Under the pieces are notes generated by a model. It was given only the letters and a program-made list of their open reading frames with translations. It made no database searches and had not been told where the DNA came from. 37,150 nt of DNA. Origin: Lutibacter sp. (lineage in GTDB: Bacteria; Bacteroidota; Bacteroidia; Flavobacteriales; Flavobacteriaceae). The position numbers and the translations under genes were made by a program. This document shows positions 1-10,600 of this stretch, in pieces; position 1 is the stretch's first letter, and each line of letters starts with the position of its first letter. The stretch lies in NCBI GenBank assembly GCA_004195315.1, contig SDWL01000001.1, positions 1 through 37,150 of the forward strand, written 5' to 3'.

Positions 1-99
1 GCCACCACTTTGCTCGTACCATATAGTTACATAACCATTACCAGCTCCAACCCAAGTTTCTAAAGTACCGTCTGTTATTTCAGTTTGTGTAACATCTAT
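1..99. repeat. 99-bp exact terminal direct repeat (left copy)
   Basis: 1-99 is identical to 37052-37150; an ORF stays in frame across the join, consistent with an assembler overlap of a circular or permuted genome of 37051 bp. Confidence 0.95.
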
Positions 100-261
100 A
101 GTCGCATTATCACTATCTCTTGTTACTTGTATTACATTTGTTACACCTGTTTTTAATTGCCTTAACGAATAAGCAATTTGAGCATTTGGATAATCATCTA
201 ACAAATAACTTTGAGCTATTTGTGATTTCCTCCACAAACTATTTTTATTTCCTACTATCAT
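1..261 (-). CDS. 5' part of a tail fibre/spike-like protein (AYSLRQL...YVTIWYEQSG motif) spanning the contig junction, 274 aa in total
   Basis: ATG at 261; reads MIVGNKNSLWRKSQ...AYSLRQLKTGVTNVIQVTRDSDNAT...GNGYVTIWYEQSGG, then continues in frame from 37051 to 36488. The motif resembles arabinofuranosidase-B-catalytic/ConA-like domains seen in phage virion proteins (from memory). Confidence 0.7.
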   Translation of the reverse strand, partial: MIVGNKNSLWRKSQIAQSYLLDDYPNAQIAYSLRQLKTGVTNVIQVTRDSDNATIDVTQTEITDGTLETWVGAGNGYVTIWYEQSGG

Positions 262-263
262 AA

Positions 264-449
264 TTATCTTGGGTCTACTGATGATTGATAAACTGGAGGT
301 GTTACGCTATGAGCGTGATACGTTATGTAATTTGTAATACCTGCACTTAAATCTATAGTTGCTAAATCTCTTGCTGCATTTACACCTACTGGATGTTCTA
401 GAGTATATTCGCCGACCTGTCTAAATTTAATTCTAATACCATAATTTAT
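264..449 (-). CDS. 61-codon open frame with no ATG/GTG/TTG start (ATA start, -1 frameshift extension, or gene remnant)
   Basis: INYGIRIKFRQVGEYTLEHPVGVNAARDLATIDLSAGITNYITYHAHSVTPPVYQSSVDPR* exactly fills the gap between two genes and stops 2 nt before the next ATG. Confidence 0.45.
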   Translation of the reverse strand: MNYGIRIKFRQVGEYTLEHPVGVNAARDLATIDLSAGITNYITYHAHSVTPPVYQSSVDPR

Positions 450-1444
450 AGTTCTACTTCGTGTCCTTCTGCTACAATTTCTAAGCTTGCTAATCCTGTT
501 AAATTATCTTGAATTATAAACTCTAAATCTTCACCTGATTTTAATCTTTTTGAAACACCTAATTTATCTTGCCCTGTAAATGTTAACCGTGCTGTAAATC
601 CGTGCTGTCCTTGTACTGGATTTGTTGCTGAGTATGGTATGTAATCAAGCGTAATACCAGCTATCTCGCCATTGCTTTTAACATTCGATATATTTTGTAC
701 AGTTCCATCTCTGAACCTTAACGCAACACCTCGTATTAATTTAGTTAAATCACCAAATTTTGCTAAACTTACAGCAGTAGAAGTGTAGCAAGTCATTATA
801 ATTCTAGTTATGTCATATTCTAAATTTAAACCCGGCACTATTCCTAAGCCCCTAATACCAAATATAACAGGTGTTATAGAGCCATCTACAGCCATTTGAG
901 TAGTTGTCACATCTACAATAGTTCCAATTGGAAATTCGAAATCTATTTGAGAATCTAAAGTAACCGTTAATACGTTTATTGACACTATATTTCCTAAATA
1001 AACCCTACCACTTCCGACATCAAATAAAATCAAAAACGATGTTAAAGGTATCATTCCAACTGTACTAGCAACCTCAATATCATAAGTGAATTTAGTTGCT
1101 TGTGTTGTTAATATAGTAGAATCTGTTACTCTATTAAATTTTGTTATTAATGATGGTGTTGTTTGGTTTTGAATTTTTACATCAATCTCTTTGTTTCCTG
1201 TTGACTTTTCTATTAAATCTGTGAATATGGTTTGACTTTCATAAGCTATTCCATTTTCATCTAATATATCCGAATAATGAATAGTTAAAATTAATTCATC
1301 AACACTCTTTTTATAAAATGCATAAATACTACCGTTAATCTCAGTATAAATATTTGACGTTGTGTTACGAATGTCGTCTGTAATATCTGTATCTTCAGCT
1401 ATTACTAATATATTATTTACATTTACCCATATCCTTTTAGCCAT
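446..1444 (-). CDS. hypothetical virion protein, 332 aa
   Basis: long ORF in the structural operon, tightly coupled to its neighbours. Confidence 0.75.
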   Translation of the reverse strand: MAKRIWVNVNNILVIAEDTDITDDIRNTTSNIYTEINGSIYAFYKKSVDELILTIHYSDILDENGIAYESQTIFTDLIEKSTGNKEIDVKIQNQTTPSLITKFNRVTDSTILTTQATKFTYDIEVASTVGMIPLTSFLILFDVGSGRVYLGNIVSINVLTVTLDSQIDFEFPIGTIVDVTTTQMAVDGSITPVIFGIRGLGIVPGLNLEYDITRIIMTCYTSTAVSLAKFGDLTKLIRGVALRFRDGTVQNISNVKSNGEIAGITLDYIPYSATNPVQGQHGFTARLTFTGQDKLGVSKRLKSGEDLEFIIQDNLTGLASLEIVAEGHEVEL

Positions 1445-1446
1445 AA

Positions 1447-1827
1447 CTATATAGCTTTAACAAAAAGATTTACAGTACATACATAGCTTATAGCTGTGTT
1501 TTTCAGATAATCTCCAGATCCATTAATTGATGATAAATTATGAGTTAAACCCACTAAATCAGCATAAGCCGTAACTGTCGCTGTTGCTAAGTAGTCAGCA
1601 GCTAAAATATCAGTTATTTGCTTTGTTATACCTATAGTAGCATCATTTATAATTGCATCCATTGTAGATGATCCTGTTGCTGTTTCTACAGTAGATTTCA
1701 ATACATTTAAATGTATTGTTCTGCTATATTGAAAATCTGATATTTCAGTTACAGTTGGTCTTGTGTATCCACTAGGTAATTCGTTTGATGATAAACTGTT
1801 TTTTGTTCCGTTGTTTACTATTGCCAT
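1447..1827 (-). CDS. hypothetical structural protein, 126 aa (Thr/Ala/Ser-rich)
   Basis: ORF track and structural operon context. Confidence 0.75.
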   Translation of the reverse strand: MAIVNNGTKNSLSSNELPSGYTRPTVTEISDFQYSRTIHLNVLKSTVETATGSSTMDAIINDATIGITKQITDILAADYLATATVTAYADLVGLTHNLSSINGSGDYLKNTAISYVCTVNLFVKAI

Positions 1828-1850
1828 AATATTCTTATTTTATTGTTATT

Positions 1851-2417
1851 TTAAATGTATCTTTTTAAATATGGATCGTAAGAACGATGACTTGAACCTC
1901 CTATTTTTGAGATTCTAAAACCACCACCCCTAACGTTACAATTACCCACCCATAATGGATAATCTGTTGAATTTCTGTCTAAGAATAACTTCACACTTTC
2001 CCAATAATTGAACGCCAATTGTTCGCTCATTTTAGATGTGTTCTTCTTTCCGTCTGTGCTTACTTGCCTACTACTACCATCGTTATTTAACTTTTCTATA
2101 TAACTGAAAGGCGTATCTATTTGACTGCCATAGAGCACATATCTACTATGTGCGTAGTGTACTAATACTGGTATTAAACCCTGATTTGTATATGTTATTC
2201 CGTTATATTCGTAGTCGCCACCATTTAAGAGAGCCTGATAAACTACATTTTCATAATTTCTTATGAAATCGTTGTAAAATTCAGAACCCATTAAAGGTTG
2301 TAAATCTGCAAATTGAGCGTCATCAATAAACTGATTTAATAAATTAACAGCTGTATTATCAGCAGTTTTACTAATTTGTTTATATTTTGCTATATCAGTC
2401 CTTGTTATCAGCCTCAT
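1851..2417 (-). CDS. putative head-tail adaptor/connector protein
   Basis: directly after the portal; FIDDAQFADLQPLMGSEFY and LIPVLVHYA resemble Bacteroidota phage DUF6712-like adaptors. Confidence 0.55.
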   Translation of the reverse strand: MRLITRTDIAKYKQISKTADNTAVNLLNQFIDDAQFADLQPLMGSEFYNDFIRNYENVVYQALLNGGDYEYNGITYTNQGLIPVLVHYAHSRYVLYGSQIDTPFSYIEKLNNDGSSRQVSTDGKKNTSKMSEQLAFNYWESVKLFLDRNSTDYPLWVGNCNVRGGGFRISKIGGSSHRSYDPYLKRYI

Positions 2418-3588
2418 TTTCTACGGTTTTAGGTTCGGGTTTAATACTCTCTTCATCAATTAATGGTACTATCTTAACTTCTTTTGGTGCTTTAAAATTA
2501 CGCATCAGCATCTGTATAACTTGCTCTACTTCCGTTCTTAACATAGATGTATTTTCTTGATACCCTATCTTCATCTCTTTTAAAGATTCACCACTATTTC
2601 CGAACATAGATTCTGTGCTTCTAACCATTCCGTCAGGTAAGCTATGAAATGCCATTAATATATTTTTAAATACACTTAATTCTGTTGATTCATAAAGTTT
2701 ATCATTTACAGTACTAGGTACATCTATTATTTTAATAGCGTCATCAAATTTGTCTGAATCGTGATTTAATTCAACATGCATTCCTTCTCCAGCATTTTCA
2801 GCACCATAAAAACCTGTTGTTACTTTTTTAAAGTTTTCTCTTTCATCTCCAGCTTCTCTATACTCTTCAGGTGTATTATAATCTTCAATTTTACCTATTA
2901 ATGGTTTTGTTATTATTATTTGTTTTCCTGAGAATCCATTTCTAAGTATTCTATTTTTATAAATACTAGACTGAGCTTCTGAATCGCAATCATATTGAAC
3001 CGCATCAATAGTGCTTAATGCGTAGTTGTATTCGTCATCTAAATTAACATATAATATTTGACCTTTGTATTTATCCCAAGAACCAGCAAATTCAACTTGC
3101 GCATCAATTACATCCTTATTAGGATTGAATACATTTATAAAATCAATATCATCAACTTTCAATCTTTTATTTGTGAAATTATCACATACACCTATCTTAC
3201 CGTTGTATTTTACATCGTCTTTTTCACCTAATCTACAATGTGTATAAGGAATTACATCGAACGAATCATACCCATAGTTCATATTGTAATTTATATGAAT
3301 AAATACACCTCTTTGTTTGGATATGTTTTTAGCTACTTTTTGAGTAAATTTTAATAATGTAGTTCCTTTTTTACCTACTATTGTTTTATTTTCTTCATCT
3401 CCGAACCCTTTACCTACAATATAAGATGATAAAACATTTGAAGCACTCCTAGCCGTAACAGAATTATTTATAAAACGCTCTATACGTTCTGCATAAGCGT
3501 TATCTATACCATTGCGAATTATACCAGCCCTTTTATCGAACTCCGTAGGTCTATTGTCAATATCTAATAATTGAACTTTAACGCTCAT
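2395..3588 (-). CDS. portal protein
   Basis: 397 aa; N-terminal GIDNAY...S...SYIVGKGF, central NGFSG and GAENAG segments resemble Flavobacteriia phage portals. Confidence 0.7.
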   Translation of the reverse strand: MSVKVQLLDIDNRPTEFDKRAGIIRNGIDNAYAERIERFINNSVTARSASNVLSSYIVGKGFGDEENKTIVGKKGTTLLKFTQKVAKNISKQRGVFIHINYNMNYGYDSFDVIPYTHCRLGEKDDVKYNGKIGVCDNFTNKRLKVDDIDFINVFNPNKDVIDAQVEFAGSWDKYKGQILYVNLDDEYNYALSTIDAVQYDCDSEAQSSIYKNRILRNGFSGKQIIITKPLIGKIEDYNTPEEYREAGDERENFKKVTTGFYGAENAGEGMHVELNHDSDKFDDAIKIIDVPSTVNDKLYESTELSVFKNILMAFHSLPDGMVRSTESMFGNSGESLKEMKIGYQENTSMLRTEVEQVIQMLMRNFKAPKEVKIVPLIDEESIKPEPKTVENEADNKD

Positions 3589-4025
3589 TATTTCTTATTT
3601 TTACGAGTTCTTTTTATATCTTTTTTAGGTTCAACAACCTCTTTAATTTCTTCTTTTGTTTCAAATTTTTGATAATATGAGTCTGGTATTTTATCAAATA
3701 ATAATTTACCGTGTGGATGATTCTCAATTAAATCAATAGCTTGTTCAACGGTTAAATCAGCATTTCGACAAGGTTTACCTGTTGTTTTTGATTTAATGTT
3801 GTTATATTTTAGTTTTAACACATAACCGTGTTTTTCTGTATTTTCCATTTTGTTTGAATATTCGTTTATAAAATCTTCATAATATTTAGCTAAACATTTC
3901 CCACAACTTGGGTTTATAGACCCTCCGAACTTAGCTTTGTAATCTTTTAAAAATTGACTAAGGAGTCCGTTCTTAGATTTATCTCTAAAAATAGACCCCT
4001 TGTCATATTTTAACCATTTAATCAA
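3588..4025 (-). CDS. hypothetical protein with a CxxC motif
   Basis: TTG start; INPSCGKCL; lies between the tail tube and portal genes. Confidence 0.7.
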   Translation of the reverse strand: MIKWLKYDKGSIFRDKSKNGLLSQFLKDYKAKFGGSINPSCGKCLAKYYEDFINEYSNKMENTEKHGYVLKLKYNNIKSKTTGKPCRNADLTVEQAIDLIENHPHGKLLFDKIPDSYYQKFETKEEIKEVVEPKKDIKRTRKNKK

Positions 4026-4028
4026 CTA

Positions 4029-4613
4029 TTATACAGTCGCAAATTTACCGTCAAACGCTATTTTTGTTGTAGGGTAATCCGTTTCAATTAAATTAATAGG
4101 TAATGTATCTTCTTCATACCCATCAATAGATGATGCTTCAAATGATATAGTACCATCGTTTTCCTGAGAATCCCAAACCATAGCCGTAATTTTCAGTCCT
4201 CTTTGCCATCCTAAAACTTCAAAAGCGTCTTTTTGTCCTACACCTTTGTATAATTTTTCAACAACAACAATATATAAATCATCAGTCATATTATTAGCTG
4301 ATAGTTTATTTTCAGCACTTGGAGTTAAAACAACCCCTTTAAATAAATGCTTATGTTTGTCGAATGATGTTTCTTTTGGTACTAATTCAGATGACGCTCC
4401 AAATATTTGATTCATTCCTTCTAAACTAAAACCAGTAGTAGCACTTTTAGTTGCTAAATTTGTTATAGTTCCAGTTACTTTATCGTAAACACTTGCAATG
4501 TAGTCAATATCACTACGTCTTATAAGTACTACGTTTGTTTCTAATCCTCCAGATGCTTTATTCTCGCAATCCTTTATAATATCGGCTTGTAAGCCGCCAC
4601 AATCTAATGCCAT
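4029..4613 (-). CDS. putative major tail tube protein
   Basis: 194 aa directly after the capsid gene; N-terminal C...DC...GG and FEVLGWQRGL resemble Bacteroidota siphovirus tube proteins. Confidence 0.6.
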   Translation of the reverse strand: MALDCGGLQADIIKDCENKASGGLETNVVLIRRSDIDYIASVYDKVTGTITNLATKSATTGFSLEGMNQIFGASSELVPKETSFDKHKHLFKGVVLTPSAENKLSANNMTDDLYIVVVEKLYKGVGQKDAFEVLGWQRGLKITAMVWDSQENDGTISFEASSIDGYEEDTLPINLIETDYPTTKIAFDGKFATV

Positions 4614-4633
4614 AATTCTATATATTTTTTAAA

Positions 4634-5686
4634 TTAATATGCTACTACTGTCAAGTAAGATTCACCGTGTTTAGCATCTAAGAAATAAGCGTAATCCACA
4701 ATATTAGATTTATCTTTTCTCTCGTACCAAGATTCTACATTCTGCATATCACTTTCACTAAGTGTTGCAACTGGAATATTCGAAGGAACTGTTAACAATG
4801 CTCTATGAGGTAACACAGTTACGGTTAAATCATTTTGATAAGCTAATATGTTTCTATCCCAAGAATCCATTTTTATAACGTCTAAACCTCTATATTTCAT
4901 AGATAGCATACCGTTTTCTAATCTCTCAATTATACCTCCACTAGCTTGTGTAGTTTCAATATAAGTTAAAAAGTTATCCCAAATAGAACGAGTTACTAAA
5001 AATTGAGCGTCTGGCTGTTCTAATAGTCTCGTATCAGCAGCTTCATACATTCCTTGTAATACGGTTTTTGATTTACCAGCGTTTAATGCTTGTGCAGCAT
5101 AAGATATACCAGCGTTTTCTGCAATTGGAACTACTTTAACTCCAGCATCTGCAAATATTTGCTCAAACAATCCATCAAATTGATTCCATATACCAGCGTT
5201 AAATCCTGCTATTGTAAAATCACCACCCGGTTGTATTGCTGCGTTTTTAGCACCAAACCAAATTTTCGCATTGATTGAACGTAAAAGAGCGTCAACAATT
5301 TTAGCAACTAATACCCCAATTTCTTCTGATCCAATTCTATCAAAGAAGTCTGGATTAGCTTTTTGTGCTCTTCGGAATAATTTTAATAATTGGTTTAAGT
5401 CATTTGCACAATGCGTATAACGACCACCAATTAATACAGGTTCCCAAAACTTTTCTGTTAAAACAAGTGTATCTTGTTCCGCTGGGGTACAATCAGTAAA
5501 CGCCTCACCACCTATTGCTAAATTTGCAATAAATACAATTTGCTGTTTCATTGACACTCCTGTCATAATATCGTGCACTCTTGACAATTGAGTGTCTACG
5601 AATACTTTTTCGAATACCGCTTCCGATACTGATTCTGCTTCTTTTGCGTTTAGCGACAATGCGCTTACATCTATTTTACTTGCCAT
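4634..5686 (-). CDS. major capsid protein
   Basis: 350 aa immediately downstream of the Clp-type protease/scaffold; KIWFG and FDGLFEQI motifs. Confidence 0.8.
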   Translation of the reverse strand: MASKIDVSALSLNAKEAESVSEAVFEKVFVDTQLSRVHDIMTGVSMKQQIVFIANLAIGGEAFTDCTPAEQDTLVLTEKFWEPVLIGGRYTHCANDLNQLLKLFRRAQKANPDFFDRIGSEEIGVLVAKIVDALLRSINAKIWFGAKNAAIQPGGDFTIAGFNAGIWNQFDGLFEQIFADAGVKVVPIAENAGISYAAQALNAGKSKTVLQGMYEAADTRLLEQPDAQFLVTRSIWDNFLTYIETTQASGGIIERLENGMLSMKYRGLDVIKMDSWDRNILAYQNDLTVTVLPHRALLTVPSNIPVATLSESDMQNVESWYERKDKSNIVDYAYFLDAKHGESYLTVVAY

Positions 5687-5687
5687 T

Positions 5688-6743
5688 TTAATTTACTTTT
5701 GATTTAAAATTTGTTCTTGATTCTTTATTACCTACTTCTTTTTTCGGTTGTTTGGTCTTACCATCTATTTCAAAGCTAGATGTTACTTGGTTTTTCAATT
5801 CTGTAAAATCCGTTTCAATTGCTTTGAACTGTACATCTTTAGCTTCTAACTTATTAGTAAGTTCTAATTTTTCAGCTTCTAATGTAGCGACTAAAGTATT
5901 TTGTAACTCCAATGAAGCTACAGCTTTTTCTAGTTCACTATCAACCTTAACTTCTACTTTCTCGGTTAAAATACCGTTTTCAAACTTCCAAATCTCACCG
6001 TTTGGCATAGTTACGTCTCCTTGGGCTTTCTTACCATCAATTATGGCATCGTCACCCACTAGTGGATCGTTATCTGTAGATACATTTTTAAAATCTACAT
6101 TAACACCGTTAGCATCCTGTACAACCTTGTTGTCTGGTGCTTTTTCTTTAGGGAAATACTTATTGAAAAACTTAGTTAAAAGATTTTCAGCACCCTCTTC
6201 TGTCAATTGTTCACTCATATTTTTATTATAGTTATTATCTAATATTGCAACTGCTTGGAATTTTATAATTTCATTTACAAAACCTTTATCTTTTAAAAAT
6301 TCAATATCTAAAAATTCATCTTTAGTCATTAAATCAATAACGTCTTCTTTAGTTATGTTTGTCTCATTTACATAAATATCAACTAATTTAGATTCAATAC
6401 TTCTAAGTTCTTTTGCAGTCTTTTCTAAGTCCTCAGCATTACCTACACTTATATTTGAAGGTAAGTGTATTAAAAAATTATCAGTTGAGTTAATAGTTCT
6501 ATTCTTACCAGCTAAAAATATAACCGATGCAATACTAGCAACTAATCCGCTTGAATGGGTATTAACCTCTTGATCTAAGCTTTTGAAATAGTTGTAAATT
6601 GCTAAACCTTCAAATACAGACCCACCTTGTGAGTGTATATTTACGGTTAATGGCGTATTTTTATCTGAATTACTTACTTTTTCAATGGTGTTTTCAAGTG
6701 TAATATCACTTCCAACCTCACCAATAAGCCAAATTTCATTCAT
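5688..6743 (-). CDS. ClpP-like prohead protease with C-terminal coiled-coil scaffold
   Basis: IHSQGGSVFEGLAIYN, GLVASIASVIFLAG, FLIHLP: ClpP/S14 Ser-His motifs. Confidence 0.9.
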   Translation of the reverse strand: MNEIWLIGEVGSDITLENTIEKVSNSDKNTPLTVNIHSQGGSVFEGLAIYNYFKSLDQEVNTHSSGLVASIASVIFLAGKNRTINSTDNFLIHLPSNISVGNAEDLEKTAKELRSIESKLVDIYVNETNITKEDVIDLMTKDEFLDIEFLKDKGFVNEIIKFQAVAILDNNYNKNMSEQLTEEGAENLLTKFFNKYFPKEKAPDNKVVQDANGVNVDFKNVSTDNDPLVGDDAIIDGKKAQGDVTMPNGEIWKFENGILTEKVEVKVDSELEKAVASLELQNTLVATLEAEKLELTNKLEAKDVQFKAIETDFTELKNQVTSSFEIDGKTKQPKKEVGNKESRTNFKSKVN

Positions 6744-6832
6744 ATAATTAGTATTAAATTAATATACAATAATACGAAATTAACACTGTTATCCGTTACA
6801 ACTTGTTTTGTAATGGTAAAATAGTATTAAAC

Positions 6833-6865
6833 AAAAAAAAGGCACTAAAAATTAATTTAGCACCT
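6833..6865 (-). terminator. intrinsic terminator
   Basis: minus strand AGGTGCTAAA-loop-TTTAGTGCCT followed by a T-run, downstream of ORF 6892..7119. Confidence 0.7.
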
Positions 6866-6891
6866 AAGAAACGAAACATTATTTTTTACAT

Positions 6892-7119
6892 TTAACTTTC
6901 CATTATATTAATAGCATTTCGTATTGTATTTTCGTGAACTTTAAAATCTTCTGAAGCGTTAGAAATAGCCTGAACTTTATCATTCTTTTTTAACTCTTCT
7001 TTATATTTTTCATAATAACACTTTCTGTCTAATACGCTTAACGGTATTAAACCTTTTTGTAGTAGTTTAAAAAATAAAGGATTATTTTCAGCTTCTAATA
7101 TCAATTCGTATCTTGTCAT
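6892..7119 (-). CDS. small protein with a possible C-terminal HTH
   Basis: AISNASEDFKVHENTIRNAI has helix-turn-helix spacing. Confidence 0.6.
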   Translation of the reverse strand: MTRYELILEAENNPLFFKLLQKGLIPLSVLDRKCYYEKYKEELKKNDKVQAISNASEDFKVHENTIRNAINIMES

Positions 7120-7136
7120 ATATTATTTTAATAGTT

Positions 7137-7376
7137 TTACCATTTTTTTAGTGGACATTTATCAGTACTTCTAATCTTAGCTATTAAAGGACATCCACAC
7201 TCTCCACACCTGAATCCTATAACATTTATTAATTCATCGTTAATTACGCTTAATATATCACCGTACTCCTTTAATTCACATTTATTACATATTTCTGAGC
7301 GTCTTTTATGCTCTTCTGTTGTGTTACCTTTTATAACTTCAATCCACGCATTTGCTATTACTATTGGATTACTCAT
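7137..7376 (-). CDS. small Cys-rich (Zn-binding) protein
   Basis: CNKC...CGECGCPLIAKIRS...CPLKKW. Confidence 0.75.
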   Translation of the reverse strand: MSNPIVIANAWIEVIKGNTTEEHKRRSEICNKCELKEYGDILSVINDELINVIGFRCGECGCPLIAKIRSTDKCPLKKW

Positions 7377-7556
7377 TTAATTAAGTTTAGCTTTAAGTAC
7401 ACTAATCCATAATATTGTAGCTTTAAAGAAATTATTTTCTTTAAATATAGACCTTTTTAAGTGCATTAAAGCTAAATGAAATTCTAACGAAGCACCTCTA
7501 TAAGTTTTATAATTTATATCCAACCTATCTTCTAAATTTAATAATGGTTTTTTCAT
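7377..7556 (-). CDS. hypothetical protein, 59 aa (below ORF-track cutoff)
   Basis: hand translation MKKPLLNLEDRLDINYKTYRGASLEFHLALMHLK...; stop abuts the next ATG. Confidence 0.6.
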   Translation of the reverse strand: MKKPLLNLEDRLDINYKTYRGASLEFHLALMHLKRSIFKENNFFKATILWISVLKAKLN

Positions 7557-7648
7557 TTAGTTATGGTATTTGCTTTTAATAATTGCATAATAAAGTTTTA
7601 TCGTTAATTCGCAATTTACAAAATTAATACATAAAAACCTAATAATAA

Positions 7649-10600
7649 TTAAATATTAGCACCACTTACTATATCAACTTGATTAATCTGAGCGTCTGTT
7701 ATATCGCTTTCAATTGCTACTATTTTAATATCGTTAATTTTCTGTGCTAACAAATCAAATTGATCGTTAATCTGGCTATTTTGTTGTATGGGCGCTGTAA
7801 TACTTGATGGCGCATCTACAACTCCACCATCTGCAAATCCCGGCACACCAATTGAACTAAAGAAAGCGTGACCTCCAGCACGTTGTTGTAATTCATCATT
7901 TAGTATAACTTCACCTTTTTTAGCTTGTATTAGTACGTCATCGCCTCCGCTATTACGCATTGAAGTAGGTATATTAGTCCCACTTGTTATTGTTCCTGAT
8001 TTACTATGTGGAACTTGACCCCCTTCATTAAATGCGCTTGTGGCTGCTGATATTGCGGCTGCTGTTATAATTTTAGCTGTAGCAATCTTTGCTTTAGCAC
8101 CTAAACCTATATTTTGAGTTATAGCTAATGGTATTGTACCTAAGTTTGCTGGGAAACCTACTGCATTTGCAGCAGCTAAGTTACGAGCTTGTGAAGCTGC
8201 TGTTGATATGTTTACCGCTGCAATTTCTGCTTTAGCACCTAATATAATACTAAGTATCCTAGAAGCTAAACCATCGCCTAAAATCTTACCTAAAGCACCT
8301 TGTAACGCTGATGAAACTCCTTTTTTAGCATCTGCAACAACTTTATCTAATGCTAAATCTTCTTTATTAAATTGTTTTTGTAGTTTTACTTCTTCTTTTC
8401 TTTTTTTATCAGCATCTTTTTTATCTTGTGCATCTTTTTTAGCTTTAATTTCATTTGCTATAGTATCGTGGTTTAATTGTATTTCTTCTAATTCTAATCT
8501 ATGTTCTTCATTTATTAAAATTTCTTGTTCATTTTTTTTATCTTCTGTTATTTGTAACTCTTCTAGTTCTAATAAATCCTTTTCTAATTTTTGCTCTGCT
8601 TTTAAAGTATCTTTTTCTAACTGAGTTTCGGCTTTTTTTATTTCAATTTCGTTTAATAAATCAATTTTATCTTGCTCAAATGTAGCTAAATCTTTTTTCT
8701 CTTGTTCCCTTTGTTCTTCTGATGCTTTCTTTTCTCTTTTTAATCTAGCAGCCTTTTCTTCTGCTGTTTCACCTCCTGTGGGTACTATTGGAACTATTGT
8801 AGCTGCGTCTACTTCTGCTAGTTTTTCTTTAGCTGTCTTTTCACCTTCTAATTGTGCTATTATTGCTGTTCTAGTGTCAATTTCTTGTGATATAGCAGCC
8901 CTAGCATTTACCCTACTTGTTATCTCGTCATCTGTAAGATTTCTAACATTTTTTATTGCGTTTCCTAACTTAGTATATGTAAATGATATTTCAACAAATT
9001 TACCGTTTTGTTTTTCTAATGATAAAGCGTGAGTATTAAATTTAGAATTTAAAGATTCAATAGCGTCTGTTTCATCCTCAATCGCTTCTTTATTTTTTAT
9101 TTTTAATATGTTTTTTTGCTCATCTACAAATGCTCTTGCAGCCTCAGTAGATATACCCAATGCAACACCATATTTATCAAATTCAGTAACAGCACTAGGT
9201 ATATCTTTACTAATTTGATTTATAATCTTATTTAATTCTGTTTGTTCATCTTTAGATTTAATAGTTTTAGATTCTAGTTCGTCATACCTAGTTAGTAGTG
9301 GATTTATATCAGATTCTAAATCATTAATATTATTTTGTAAATCAAAAAACTGAGTTGATAAATCTTGTGCTGGTGTTATAGCACCCAATAACGATGATGT
9401 AAAATCTATTAAACCACGAACAGCACCACCAAAAAAACCAGTCCCACTTTCAATTGATAATATAAAACCTTGCCACGCTGAAGTTAATAATTTTAAAGAA
9501 CCATCTAAGGTGTTTAATTCCTTCGCAGCCATTCTTTCGGCAGTACCCGCAGCACCCTGTAAGGCAATATCTAATTCTTTTGTAGCATCTATATTATTTG
9601 CTAATACCGTAGCTGAAACCGCAGCACGTTTACCAAACTCATCATTAGAAGCTGTTAGTTTATCTTGACTACCTTTTATTTTTTCTATTATTTCACTATA
9701 ACTTAAACCTTGCGCAGCACTTTCTATAAATATATTTCTAAGTGCAGTAGCTGAGGTTGATGTATCAATACCGCTATCCGATAGTTTACCTAATAACGCA
9801 GTTAAAGTTGTAAAATCTATTCCCGCAGCATTTGCAGCACCCGCAACAATAGGTAATCCTTTTTCTAACTTCTCAAAGTTCAATGCACTCTTTGCTGTTG
9901 CAAGAGACATTATATCTAATATTTCAGGAGCATCCGATGTGGCTAAATTATCAAAACTATTAACCATTGCACCTGTTAGAGTTGCAGTTGCTGATAGTTC
10001 GCTGTTCATTGCAATAGAACCGTTAATAGTAGCTTCTGTCAAATCTATTATTTCCTCTTGCGTAAACCCTAATCTTGCAAACGCTATCTGTAAGTCGGTT
10101 ACTTGCTTAGCTGTTTTTACAGTTGTAGAACCTAACCTTTCAGCCTCATTTCTAAGGTCTGCCATTTCGTTAGTGTTAATCTGAAGAACCCCAGCTAATG
10201 TTGCGTTTGACTTTTCAAAGTCTTTAACTATATTGAAAGCCTCTTTAAACCCTCTTATAAACCCAAATATTAAAGCAGTAGCCCCTAAAAATCCACTCGC
10301 CATACCTTTTAAAGCATCTGAATATTTACCTACACTTCTTTGATTTTGACCTACTGAACTATCAACCCTTTTTAATTGTGAATCTAATTTATTAACTTCA
10401 ACCCTAGCTGCTTTTGCTTGTCTACTATTTATCCCGAACTCAACAGCTAAATTCTTAGCGTTTGTACGTGCGATTATTAAAGTTCTACTAAGTTTAGCAT
10501 ACGGTGTTTCCATCGCTATAATAGCAGTCTTTTGTTGGTTAAACTCAGAACGCAACTTTTTTAATTGCACCTCGTTCTTAACAAACTCCTGAGTGTTTTC

